64,000 nucleotides of DNA from Solirubrobacteraceae bacterium (GTDB lineage Bacteria > Actinomycetota > Thermoleophilia > Solirubrobacterales > Solirubrobacteraceae): assembly GCA_035940955.1 (NCBI GenBank), contig DASZEJ010000129.1:16768-80767 (forward strand). The letters are read 5' to 3'. Of this stretch, positions 17,226-26,800 are shown in pieces; within the stretch, counting starts at the first letter, position 1, and every line of letters begins with the position of its first letter. The notes below the pieces were generated by a model. The model ran no database searches, was not told where the DNA came from, and saw only the letters and a program-made list of their open reading frames with translations. Both the position numbers and the translations under genes were made by a program.

Positions 17226-17864
17226 GTGGGGGACCTGGTTTCGCTGGCGGACGCGAGGGTGGCCCGGAAGGACGGGTCCGGTCCCGCGCGCGAGCGCGCG
17301 AGCGCGCGTGCGCCACGCGTGACGTTCTACTTCGACCTCAGCTCGCCGTTCACGTACCTGGCGGCCGAGCGCGTCGACCGCCTGTTCGGAAGCCTCGTCT
17401 GGCGGCCGGTGCTCGAGGAGGCGCTCCAGGGCGTGTCGCCCTCGCCCGCGCTGGCCGAGGAGCGCGCCCAGACGCTCGGCCTGCCGCTCGTGTGGCCCGA
17501 CCTCGGGCCGGCGTCGGTGCGCCCCGCGATGCGGGTCGCCTCGCTCGCCGCCGAGCAGGGCCGCGCCGCGCCGTTCGTGCTCGCGGCGACCCGGCTCGCG
17601 TTCTGCGGCGGGTTCGAGCTCGACCACCCCGAGGTGCTCGCCGAGGCGGCCGCCGCCGCGAACCTCGGGCTGGAGGAGTGCCTGCACGCCGCGGGCGACG
17701 TGAGCCGCGACGGCCCGATGGAGGAGGCCGCGCGCCGGCTGCTGGCGCACGGAGCCGACCGCCTGCCCGCCGTGCGGGTCGGGCGGCTGCTGTTCGCCGG
17801 CGAAGACCGCGTCGCGGAGGCCGCCGCCGCCGCGAGCGTGCCGGCGGCGCTGCGCGCGGTGTAG
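17226..17864 (+). CDS. DsbA-like thioredoxin-fold protein (2-hydroxychromene-2-carboxylate isomerase family)
   Basis: 'VTFYFDLSSPFTYLAAERV' is a typical N-terminus for this family, so the in-frame GTG at 17319 may be the true start. Confidence 0.7.
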   Translation: MGDLVSLADARVARKDGSGPARERASARAPRVTFYFDLSSPFTYLAAERVDRLFGSLVWRPVLEEALQGVSPSPALAEERAQTLGLPLVWPDLGPASVRPAMRVASLAAEQGRAAPFVLAATRLAFCGGFELDHPEVLAEAAAAANLGLEECLHAAGDVSRDGPMEEAARRLLAHGADRLPAVRVGRLLFAGEDRVAEAAAAASVPAALRAV

Positions 17865-17911
17865 GGCCCTCGCGGCGACGGCGTCCCCGGCGCGCTGGCA
17901 CCATCCCGGGG

Positions 17912-19447
17912 ATGCTGCAGCGAGCGCTGCGCGCCCTTCCCGTCCGGCTCGGCCCGCGGTACCCGCGGGCGCTGGTCGTCGCCGTCTTCATGTTCTCCTA
18001 CCTGGTGGGCGGCTCCGGCGTCGGGCTGCTGGCGCTCTACCAGGACATGTCGGCGGGCGACGTGCTGCGCATCCTGCTCGCCGTGCTGGTGCTCGTCGTG
18101 ATCGAGAACGCGGTCGCGACGACGTACGCGTTCAGGCTGCTGCGGCCGGCGGACCGGTGGCTGCAGGGCGACCGCAGCCCCGAGGCCGCGGCGCAGGCGT
18201 GGAAGGCGCTCGCCAACCTGCCGCTCGACTTCGTGGCGCGCGGCGGCTGGCCGGCGGTGGTCATGAACGTCATCCCGATCTCGGCGTTCGTGGCGTGGGA
18301 GCTCGACCTCGGCTTCGGCTCGTTCCTGATCGTCTGCGCGGGCGCCGCGGTGTGCCTGCTCTACGGCGTCCTCTTCCGCTTCTTCGCGCTCGAGCTGGCG
18401 ATGCGGCCGCTGCTCGACGCCGCGTCGTGCGACGTGCCCGACGGCGAGCAGCTCGCCGGCGCCCGCATCCCGCTGCGGTGGAAGCTGTTCTTCGCGCTGC
18501 CGGCGATCAACGTCGTGACCGGGGTGGCGGTGGCCGGGCTGTCGTCGGACCCGAGCAGCCTGGAGGACCTCGGGTGGCACGTCGCGGTCTCGGTGATCGT
18601 CGCGTTCTCGATCTCGCTCGAGCTGAGCCTGCTGCTGACCCGGTCGGTGCTCGACCAGATCGACGCGCTGCGGCACGGGACCGCGCGGGTCACCAAGGGC
18701 GACCTCGGCACCCGCGTGCCGGTGCTCGCGACCGACGAGACCGGCGACCTCGCCGCGTCGTTCAACACGATGCTCGCCGGGCTGGAGGAGCGCGACCGGA
18801 TGCGCGAGGCGTTCGGCGAGTTCGTCGACCCGCGCGTCGTCGACCGCGTGCTCGAGCAGGGCACGACCGACCTGGAGGGCGAGGAGGTCGAGGTGTCGGT
18901 GCTGTTCCTCGACATCCGCGGGTTCACGGCGCTGGCCGAGCGCCGGTCGGCGCGCGAGGTCGTGCAGCGGCTCAACGTGTTCTACCGCCGGGTGGTCCCG
19001 GTGCTCGAGCGCCACGGCGGGCACGCGAACAAGTTCGTCGGCGACGGGGTGCTCGGCGTGTTCGGCGCGCCGCAGCGCCTGCCCGACCACGCCGATCGCG
19101 CGGTGCTCGCCGCGCTGCACATCGTCGAGGTCGTGCGCGACGCGTACGGCGACGGGCTGCGGATCGGCGTCGGCGTTAACTCCGGCCCCGTGCTCGCGGG
19201 CACGGTCGGCGGCGGCGGCCGGGTCGAGTTCACGGTGATCGGCGACGCGGTGAACACCGCCGCGCGTGTCGAGGAGGTGACGCGGCTGACGGGCGACGAC
19301 GTGCTCATCACCGAGGCGACGCGCCGGCTGCTGACGCTGCCGTTCTGCGGCTTCGTCGAGCGGCCGACGATCGCGCTCAAGGGCAAGACCGAACGCGTGC
19401 GGCTGTACGCGCCGCTCGACGCGGCGGCCAGCGCGGTCAGCGCGTAG
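17912..19447 (+). CDS. membrane-bound adenylate/guanylate cyclase with a HAMP domain
   Basis: Contains TM segments, a HAMP-like '[31 protein letters not shown]', and class III cyclase motifs '[14 protein letters not shown]', '[14 protein letters not shown]' and '[13 protein letters not shown]'. The start is the ATG at 17912. Confidence 0.85.
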   Translation: MLQRALRALPVRLGPRYPRALVVAVFMFSYLVGGSGVGLLALYQDMSAGDVLRILLAVLVLVVIENAVATTYAFRLLRPADRWLQGDRSPEAAAQAWKALANLPLDFVARGGWPAVVMNVIPISAFVAWELDLGFGSFLIVCAGAAVCLLYGVLFRFFALELAMRPLLDAASCDVPDGEQLAGARIPLRWKLFFALPAINVVTGVAVAGLSSDPSSLEDLGWHVAVSVIVAFSISLELSLLLTRSVLDQIDALRHGTARVTKGDLGTRVPVLATDETGDLAASFNTMLAGLEERDRMREAFGEFVDPRVVDRVLEQGTTDLEGEEVEVSVLFLDIRGFTALAERRSAREVVQRLNVFYRRVVPVLERHGGHANKFVGDGVLGVFGAPQRLPDHADRAVLAALHIVEVVRDAYGDGLRIGVGVNSGPVLAGTVGGGGRVEFTVIGDAVNTAARVEEVTRLTGDDVLITEATRRLLTLPFCGFVERPTIALKGKTERVRLYAPLDAAASAVSA

Positions 19448-19458
19448 CCTCCGGCGCC

Positions 19459-21093
19459 ATGTCGACCGAGACCTCCGCCGCCACGCTGCACGGCGGCCGC
19501 CTGATCGCCCGGCGCCTGAAGGCTCACGGCGTGACGAAGCTGTTCACGCTGTCGGGCGGCCACCTGTTCTCGATCTACGACGGCTGCCGCGAGGAGGGCA
19601 TCGACATCGTCGACGTGCGCCACGAGCAGAGCGCGGCGTTCGCGGCGGAGGGGTGGGCGAAGGTCACGCGGCAGCCGGGCGTCGCGGCGCTGACCGCCGG
19701 CCCGGGCGTCACGAACGGCATGAGCGCGCTCGCGTCGGCGCAGCAGAACAACTCGCCGATGCTCGTGCTCGGGGGCCGGGCGCCGGCGATGCGCTGGGGC
19801 CAGGGCTCGCTGCAGGAGATCGACCACGTGCCGTTCGTGCGGCCGCTCGTCAAGCTCGCGGCGACGGCCGACTCCACGGCGGAGATCCCCGGGCTGGTGG
19901 ACGAGGCGCTGGCCGCGGCCGTGACGCCGTTCTCCGGCCCCGCGTTCCTCGACTTCCCGCTCGACCACGTCTTCATGGAGGCCCCCGAGCCGCCCGACGC
20001 CCCCGCGCTGCCGGAGCCGTGGACGGGACCGGCCGCCGAGGGCGTCGAGGCGGCCGCCGCGCTCCTGCGCGACGCCGAGCGCCCGGTGATCATGGCCGGG
20101 ACGAACCTGTACTGGGGGCGCGGCGAGGAGGCGCTGCTGCGGCTGGCCGAGCGGCTGCGGATCCCCGTCTTCCTCAACGGCCTGGCCCGCGGCTGCGTGC
20201 CCGCCGACCACGAGCTCTCCTTCTCGCGCGCGCGGTCGGCGGGGCTGAAGGAGGCGGACGTCGCCCTGGTCGTCGGCGTGCCGATGGACTTCCGGCTCGG
20301 GTTCGGGCAGGCGTTCGGGGAGGACACCGAGATCGTCGTCGTGCAGCCGGCCGAGCCGGCGCGCGACCACCCGCGGCGCGTGGCGGCCGAGCTGTACGGT
20401 GCGCTGCCCGCGACGCTGGAGGCGCTGGGGTCGGGCGCGTCCGTCGACCACGAGCCGTGGATCGCGCACCTGCGCGCGGTCGAGACGTCGAAGCGCGAGG
20501 CGGAGCGGGCCGAGCTGGACGACGACCGCTCCCCGCTCCATCCGATGCGGGTCTACCGCGAGCTGGCGGCGGTGCTCGACCGCGACGCGATCGTCATCGG
20601 CGACGGCGGCGACTTCGTGTCGTTCGCGGGGCGCGTGGTCGACACGTACCAGCCGGGGTGCTGGCTCGACCCGGGGCCGTTCGGCTGCCTGGGCAGCGGC
20701 CCGGGCTACGCGCTCGCCGCGAAGCTCGCGTTCCCCTCGCGGCAGGTGGTCCTCCTGCTGGGGGACGGAGCCTTCGGCTTCGCGGGGATGGAGTTCGACA
20801 CGCTCGCGCGCCACGGCGTCGGGGTGGTGGGCGTGATGGGCAACAACGGGATCTGGGCGCTGGAGAAGCACCCGATGGAGTTCCTGTACGGCTACAGCGT
20901 CGCCGCCGACCTCGTGCCCGAGCGCCGCTACGACCAGGCGGTCGAGGCGCTCGGCGGGCACGGCGAGCTCGTGCGCGCGCCGGCGGAGCTGCGTCCGGCG
21001 CTGGAGCGGGCGCTCGCGGCGGGGAGGCCGGCGCTCGTGAACGTGCTCACCGACCCGACCGTCGTGTATCCCCGCCGATCGAACCTGGCCTGA
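19459..21093 (+). CDS. thiamine-diphosphate-dependent enzyme (acetolactate synthase / oxalyl-CoA decarboxylase-like)
   Basis: ThDP N-terminal domain '[33 protein letters not shown]' and ThDP-binding '[17 protein letters not shown]...GNNG'. Confidence 0.8.
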   Translation: MSTETSAATLHGGRLIARRLKAHGVTKLFTLSGGHLFSIYDGCREEGIDIVDVRHEQSAAFAAEGWAKVTRQPGVAALTAGPGVTNGMSALASAQQNNSPMLVLGGRAPAMRWGQGSLQEIDHVPFVRPLVKLAATADSTAEIPGLVDEALAAAVTPFSGPAFLDFPLDHVFMEAPEPPDAPALPEPWTGPAAEGVEAAAALLRDAERPVIMAGTNLYWGRGEEALLRLAERLRIPVFLNGLARGCVPADHELSFSRARSAGLKEADVALVVGVPMDFRLGFGQAFGEDTEIVVVQPAEPARDHPRRVAAELYGALPATLEALGSGASVDHEPWIAHLRAVETSKREAERAELDDDRSPLHPMRVYRELAAVLDRDAIVIGDGGDFVSFAGRVVDTYQPGCWLDPGPFGCLGSGPGYALAAKLAFPSRQVVLLLGDGAFGFAGMEFDTLARHGVGVVGVMGNNGIWALEKHPMEFLYGYSVAADLVPERRYDQAVEALGGHGELVRAPAELRPALERALAAGRPALVNVLTDPTVVYPRRSNLA

Positions 21094-21128
21094 GCCGGCG
21101 GGCGGGCGGGCGGGCGCCGAAATGGAAA

Positions 21129-21148
21129 CCGCCCCCCGAGGGGGGCGG
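21129..21148. terminator. GC-rich hairpin in a convergent intergenic region (probable terminator, better suited to minus-strand transcripts)
   Basis: CCGCCCCCC-ga-GGGGGGCGG. On the minus strand it is followed by TTTCCATTTC. Confidence 0.4.
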
Positions 21149-21365
21149 CTTCCGAAGTGGCCCCGTCAGGACGGGCAGGGGTACGTGCCTTGAAAGGGCC
21201 GATGGGTCGGTCGAGCGGCGGGAGGCGCCGTCTATGCGGCTTCGCTCGACCTATGCGGCCGGTTGGAGCAATGCTCTTCCCCAGCCGCGAACGAGTATCG
21301 ATCGATCCTGCCGCGGTTCCCATCGAACATTCGTCGAGTCGCGGTTGAGAAAGTCGGTACGTGCG

Positions 21366-23231
21366 CTATTGCGCAGCGCTCCGCCGCAGGGCGGCGCCGC
21401 GCAGGACGTCGTGCTCCGACACCTCGACCTCGTCCAGGCCGAACGCGCGCAGGACCTGGATGAGGATGGCGACCCCGGCGACGATCGTGGGGGCGCGGTC
21501 GGGGTGCAGGCCGGCGACGTTCCGGCGGTCGTCGTTCGGCATCTGGGCGAGCCGGGCCAGGAGTTCCTCCAGGCGGCCGAGGGGGATGCGGTGGCCGTGG
21601 ACCTGCTGCGGGTCGTGGTGGGCGCTTCGCTCCCCCGCCTCCCGCCCCGGATTGCACAGGTCGATCGCGCCCGCCGACGTCGCGGTGCCCGCGACGGCGA
21701 TCGCGGTGTGGACGGAGTCGCGGACGCTGTCCGGCACCTCGTTCTCGACGGTCTGCCGGACCTCGCTCGCGAGCGCGCCCAGCTCGTCCGGGTGCGGCGG
21801 GTCGGAGTGCAGGTGGCGCTCGGTCTGGCGCACGACCCCGACCTGCATCGAGACGTGGAAGGAGACGTCGTCCGCGTGCCCGACCACGACCTCGGTCGAG
21901 CCGCCGCCGATGTCCACGACCGCAAGCTCCGTGTCGCCCGGCCGCGTGGCGCGCTCGCTCGTGGCGCCCAGGAAGGTCAGGGCGGCCTCCTCGTCGCCGT
22001 CGATCGTGTGGGCGTCGAGGCCGTAGCGGTCGCGGACGGCCTGGGTGAACTCCGCGCCGTTCGCGGCGTCGCGGACGGCGCTGGTCAGCACCGCGGTCGT
22101 CGTGTCGGCGCGGTGCGCGTCGATCTGGGCGCGGTAGTCGTCGAGGACGGCGAAGACGCGGTCCATCGCCTCCCCGGCGAGCGCGCCGGTCGAGTCCACC
22201 CCCTGCCCGAGCCTCGTTACGCGAGACTCGCGGGCCAGCTCGTTCGCGATCCGGCCGTCGTGGACGTCGGCGATGAGCAGGCGGGTGGAGTTCGTTCCGA
22301 TGTCGACGACGGCGACGCGCATGGCCGGGCGCGGCGGAGGCGACCCAGCGGGGTGCGGCAGCGGTCGCCCCTCCAGGCCGGCCAGGAGGTTGTCCACGGC
22401 GAGGTCGGCCATGCGCTCGCGGGTGGTGTGGGTGGCCGAGCCGATGTGGGGGACGACGAGGGCGGTCGGGGTCTCGTAGAGGGGGTGGTCGGGCGGGAGC
22501 GGCTCGGGGTCCGTGACGTCGAGGGCGGCGCCGCCGATGGCGTTCGCCTGCAGCGCCCGCGTCAGCGCGTCCGTGTCGACCAGCCCCCCGCGCGCGGTGT
22601 TCACCAGGATCGCGGTCGGCTTCATGGCGGCGAGGGCGGCGGCGTCGACGAGGTGCTTCGTCTCGCTCGTGAGCGGGGCATGGAGCGAGACCACGTCCGC
22701 TTCCTTCAGGGCCTCGTGGAGAGGCGTCTCCCGCGTGACCGCGACGACGCGCATCCCGAACGCCTCCGCGCGCCGCGCGACCGCCCGCCCGATCCGCCCG
22801 AACCCGACGACGGCGAGCGTGGCGCCGCGAAGCTCCATCCCCAGCCACCCGGCGGGCTCCCACGTATGCCAGTTCCCGGCGCGGGCGTCCTGCGCCGCTT
22901 GGGGAAGGTTGCGGGCCGCGGCGAGGATCAGCGCGAAGGCGAGGTCGGCCGTCGCGTCGGTGAGCACCCCGGGCGTCGTCCCGACGACGATGCCCCGCTC
23001 GCGCGCCGCGTCGAGGTCGACGTTGTCCGCCCCGACGGCGTAGTTCGAGATCACCCTGAGCTTCGGCGCTCGTTCGAGGAGCCCGCCGTCGACCCGATCA
23101 GTCAGCAGGCACAGCAGCCCCTCCGCCCCGGCGATGTGCTCGTCGACGCCGCCGGTCACCACGTCGTGCACGGCCGCCAGCCGGTCCAGCGCGGGGAAGG
23201 GCAGAGGTCGAGTGACGAGGACGCGAGCCAT
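21366..23231 (-). CDS. fusion ORF: D-isomer-specific 2-hydroxyacid dehydrogenase (glyoxylate/hydroxypyruvate reductase-like) joined to a Ppx/GppA phosphatase domain
   Basis: Residues 1-~295 carry 'VVGFGRIGRAVARRA' and 'LVNTARGGLVD...PHIGSAT'. A Pro-rich linker 'PHPAGSPPPRPA' follows. From the Met at nt 22322 the sequence reads 'MRVAVVDIGTNSTRLLIAD...VVDIGGGSTE' (Ppx/GppA). No stop codon separates the two parts. Confidence 0.75.
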   Translation of the reverse strand: MARVLVTRPLPFPALDRLAAVHDVVTGGVDEHIAGAEGLLCLLTDRVDGGLLERAPKLRVISNYAVGADNVDLDAARERGIVVGTTPGVLTDATADLAFALILAAARNLPQAAQDARAGNWHTWEPAGWLGMELRGATLAVVGFGRIGRAVARRAEAFGMRVVAVTRETPLHEALKEADVVSLHAPLTSETKHLVDAAALAAMKPTAILVNTARGGLVDTDALTRALQANAIGGAALDVTDPEPLPPDHPLYETPTALVVPHIGSATHTTRERMADLAVDNLLAGLEGRPLPHPAGSPPPRPAMRVAVVDIGTNSTRLLIADVHDGRIANELARESRVTRLGQGVDSTGALAGEAMDRVFAVLDDYRAQIDAHRADTTTAVLTSAVRDAANGAEFTQAVRDRYGLDAHTIDGDEEAALTFLGATSERATRPGDTELAVVDIGGGSTEVVVGHADDVSFHVSMQVGVVRQTERHLHSDPPHPDELGALASEVRQTVENEVPDSVRDSVHTAIAVAGTATSAGAIDLCNPGREAGERSAHHDPQQVHGHRIPLGRLEELLARLAQMPNDDRRNVAGLHPDRAPTIVAGVAILIQVLRAFGLDEVEVSEHDVLRGAALRRSAAQ

Positions 23232-23247
23232 GGGTAGAGCCTGCCGT

Positions 23248-23388
23248 ATGGAGACGCAGGACAACCGAGACGAGCAACTCGAGAGCCAGCCCGACGAGAC
23301 CCCGGAGGAGTTCGCCGAGAAGGTGGAGAACGACCCCTCGACGGCAAGCTCCGGCGACGACGAGCTCGAGCAGGTCCGAGGCGGATAG
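23248..23388 (+). CDS. small acidic hypothetical protein (46 aa)
   Basis: ATG at 23248 and high GC3. The product is 'METQDNRDEQLESQPDETPEEFAEKVENDPSTASSGDDELEQVRGG'. Its stop lies 2 nt before the next ORF. Confidence 0.4.
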   Translation: METQDNRDEQLESQPDETPEEFAEKVENDPSTASSGDDELEQVRGG

Positions 23389-23390
23389 CG

Positions 23391-23615
23391 GTGCCATTGC
23401 TCGCCGACATCCTCATCCTCGCCCAGGAGCGCGGCACCCAGGAGCCACCCGACGAAGGCATCGGAATCGGCCTCATCATCGCCGGCTTCCTCATCTTCCT
23501 CCTCGTAGCGGCCCTGATCCTCATGGCGTTCCGCATGTACTCGAGGCGGACGGGAGAGACAGGCCCGGACCGCGAGCCGCACAAGCCGGGGCACGTGGGG
23601 AGGCTGGGGGACTGA
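23391..23615 (+). CDS. small single-pass membrane protein (74 aa)
   Basis: GTG start, one TM segment 'GIGLIIAGFLIFLLVAALILMAF', and high GC3. Confidence 0.45.
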   Translation: MPLLADILILAQERGTQEPPDEGIGIGLIIAGFLIFLLVAALILMAFRMYSRRTGETGPDREPHKPGHVGRLGD

Positions 23616-23661
23616 GCCGCGGCGCGCGGCGCGCGCGGGCGCGGAGCGACCCTCGGGCCCC

Positions 23662-23691
23662 TTGCCGCCGAACGCGACCCAGCGCTATACT
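23662..23691 (+). promoter_or_regulatory. putative promoter of tRNA-fMet
   Basis: TTGCCG (23662-23667), an 18-nt spacer, then TATACT (23686-23691). The -10 element ends 13 nt before the mature tRNA 5' end. Confidence 0.45.
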
Positions 23692-23704
23692 CCGCCGTCC
23701 ACGC

Positions 23705-23778
<74 letters not shown>

Positions 23779-23786
23779 CTCAACAG

Positions 23787-23812
23787 AAGGCCCGCAACCG
23801 CGGGCCTTTCTT
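23787..23812. terminator. bidirectional intrinsic terminator between the tRNA and the helicase-nuclease gene
   Basis: AAGGCCCGC-aacc-GCGGGCCTT is followed by TCTTG on the plus strand and by TTCTGTTG on the minus strand. Confidence 0.6.
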
Positions 23813-23874
23813 GTACTCGCAGCCCTCTTCCTGGATGGGCCCGTGGCCTCAATGCGGTCTTATTTCCGCGGCTC

Positions 23875-26800
23875 TCACGACGAGCCCAGGAACGCCTGCC
23901 GCGCGAGGTTCTCGATCTCATGCGAGTCGATTCCGCCCTCCTCCGTCGACCAGACGAGCGTCCCTGAGGCACCGCCGCCCTCCGTCCACGGGAGAATGTC
24001 GTGGTCGCGGTACCACCCGAGCTTCGCCTCCCAATCGGCGCGGTATCCGGCGAGGTCCAGCATGCCCAGATGCTCCCAGTAAGCGGGCGGTCCGCTGGAC
24101 CGGCGAATCGTGAAGTCCGGCTCCCGCACCGTGCCATCAGGCATCCGCAGGAGCTCCTCGTACGTGTACTCGACGCCGAGGTCGCGGAGCGTGTTCGCCA
24201 CGATCACCTCGGACTTCGAGCGCATAAGTTCCTCGTTTCGGGAGCGGTGGACATGAGAACCGTCGAGGATCCGCCCCTCCGGTGTCATGAACGGGTCGGG
24301 CGGCCGGAACAGGCAGGTCAGGCGCCGGGCGGTCTCGGATCGCGCGGGATCCGAGAGCTCGAGAAGCTCCATCGGCTCGCCCTGCACCAGCAGCACCGCG
24401 CGACCGCGGTGGCGCGTGGATGCGGTGTAAAGCAACTCGGGCGACAGCAACGCGGACGGCTTCGGCACGACGACAAACGTCGTCTCGAACTGCGATCCCT
24501 GAGCCTTGTGGACGGTGATCGCGTATGCGACGTCCAGGAGGTCTGCGCGATCGGACTCGCGGTTCAGCTCGTTTTCCCAGAACGTGAACCGCAAACCCGG
24601 CTGCGTGGAGAACTCGAGCCACAGTCCGATGGCAGCTCCGTTCTTCTTCGGCCAGCCGACCGCGATGCCGATCTCGCCGTTCGCGACGTCGCTGTCGACG
24701 TCTTCGCCGGTGGCGATGCGCCGCGCCCCGCGGGGGTGGTTCGCGACGCACATCACTTTGTCGTGAAAGAGGACCTCGCCTGGGCCCATTGGGTCCGGCA
24801 GCGCGACGGTCTGCCGGGCGCGTGCGGCATCACCGGACCGCCACGTCCGCCGAATCATCCGGTTGAGCCCGACGACGCCGCCCGGTCGCGATCGAACCGG
24901 GCTCAGGATCTGCCACAGCTCGGCGCCGCGGCCTGCGGTGCCGAACTCGAAGGAGACGCCGCGAGGGCCGTCCGTGGCCCCGAGCGAACGCTTCAACGCG
25001 TCGGCGTCGCCGTTCCCGAGCTGGAGGCTGCTGTCGTTGCGAAGGATGTCCGCGATCTTTTCGTGGAGATCATCCTCGTCGCTCCACGAGATCACACTGA
25101 CGGTGCCGTCACCGCCACCGGAGACCACCCGGGCCCAGGCCTGATCGGCGCCCGCGGGGGTGGCGTCCGCGGCGAAGCACGCCGCGACCGCGGCGTCGTC
25201 ACGGGCGCCGGCGGCGCCGTCGCGTGCCCGCTGACGACGGCCGATCGTGAGCTCGGCCACCCCGCCACCCGACTCGGGCGCCGCGGTCGCCCGAAGGTGC
25301 GCGACCAGATCGGCGAAAGGCCGGCCCGCGCCGATCGGCGGCAACTGCCGGTGGTCGCCGCACAAGATCAGCCGCTCGGGCGCGCGGAGCGACTCAATCA
25401 GCGCCGCGAGCATCTCCTCCGTGAGCATGGACGCTTCGTCGACGATCACCGTGCGAACGCCGCCGAACCGCATGCCGTCCCTGTTCAGGAAGTAGCCACG
25501 CTCCCAGGTCCACCGTTCAGCCTTCTTCAGGAACTGCGCCAGCGTCCGCGCCTGTGCCCCCGCCTTGTCCCCTAGTTGAACGCGCGCCTTGCCCGTCGGC
25601 GCTAGCAGGAGGACGTTGCCAGCGATGGTCGGATCGGAGCAGAGCGCGCGCAACATTGTGGTCTTGCCCGTGCCGGCCGGCCCGACCAGTGCGGCGATGC
25701 GCGACCGCGCGAGCGTCGCAAGCGCTGCGGCCTTCTCCTTCCGGGCTCGCACCTCGAGGTCCAGCTCTGGATCGCCAGACGGTGGCAACTCCTCGTCGAT
25801 GGCGCCGTCGATGAGCGCGTCCCAGGAGGCGCTCGCCGCCAGAGGACCATCGTCGATACGCCCTCGAACCTCTCCCGCTATGACGTCCGTGACCGCCGCC
25901 AGACGATCCAGTTGCCACGCACGGCCGCGACCTTCCGCTACGGCTCGCTCGAGGAGCACAGGCTCAAACTCCTCGGCGGCCAGCTCGAACTGGTCGGTCG
26001 TCGGGTCGCAGCGCGGGTCGAGGTCTACCTTCGCGAGGCGCTTGCGGAGGCCTGCCTCATCGAGCAGCGTATGGCCCTCGTCAGTGGCCTTCTCGAGGAC
26101 GGCTACGGACGCGGCACGGATGCGGCGGTCATCCACCGACTCCTCGACCGGCTCGGGAAGCGGGTCGTAGTCGAGCGCGGCTCGGGCTGCGGCGTCCCGC
26201 GGGAAGAGGCCGCGATCGATCGTGCGGAACCCGACCGCGTCCCTGGCGGCACGATCGAGCTCGTAGGCCAGGTACGGGTTCTCGAGGACCTCCCGCGGCG
26301 CGACCGGCCGCGTGTCGCGGTCGAAGAGCCGACGTGCCTGCGGCGACGAGAGCGCGAAGCGCGAGAGCAAGCGAACGAGGTCGTACTCGTCCGCGCTGCC
26401 ACGAAGGCGTTCCCATCGCTTGCGGCTCATGCGGCCGAGCAGGCCAGCGGCCGGGCCACGGCCGCGCGTCGCACCATCGACGGCCTGTTCGAGCGCCGGC
26501 CACGGATTCGCCGAAGGGTCTGTCATCGACTTGAGCACGCGGTAGGCGAGCACCGGCCCGCGCTCCAAGCCTGCAGCCGCCAAGACAGGGCCCATGCCGG
26601 GATAGGCGCCGCGTGCCTCCCATGCCTCCGCGACGCGGTCGCCGAGCCAGTCAGCGACCTGGTCCCACGGCCCGTCAACGACACCGGGGAGGAGGTCGAC
26701 AGCGCGAGCGAGTTCGGTGAGTGCGGCGATCGCAGCGTCGTGCTCGACCCGCTCCGTGACGTAGGAGAACTCGTCGAAGTGGTCGGCCGGCGCGACGGCC

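Noticed and set aside
21150-21365. The intergenic RNA candidate might be SRP RNA, 6S RNA, tmRNA or RNase P RNA, because of a 'GTCAGGACGGGCAGG' stretch.
   Set aside because: The SRP domain-IV consensus (GGAAGGAAGCAGC-like) is absent. There is no tRNA-like end or resume codon as in tmRNA. The region is too short for RNase P. It is kept only as an unclassified sRNA or 3'-UTR candidate.
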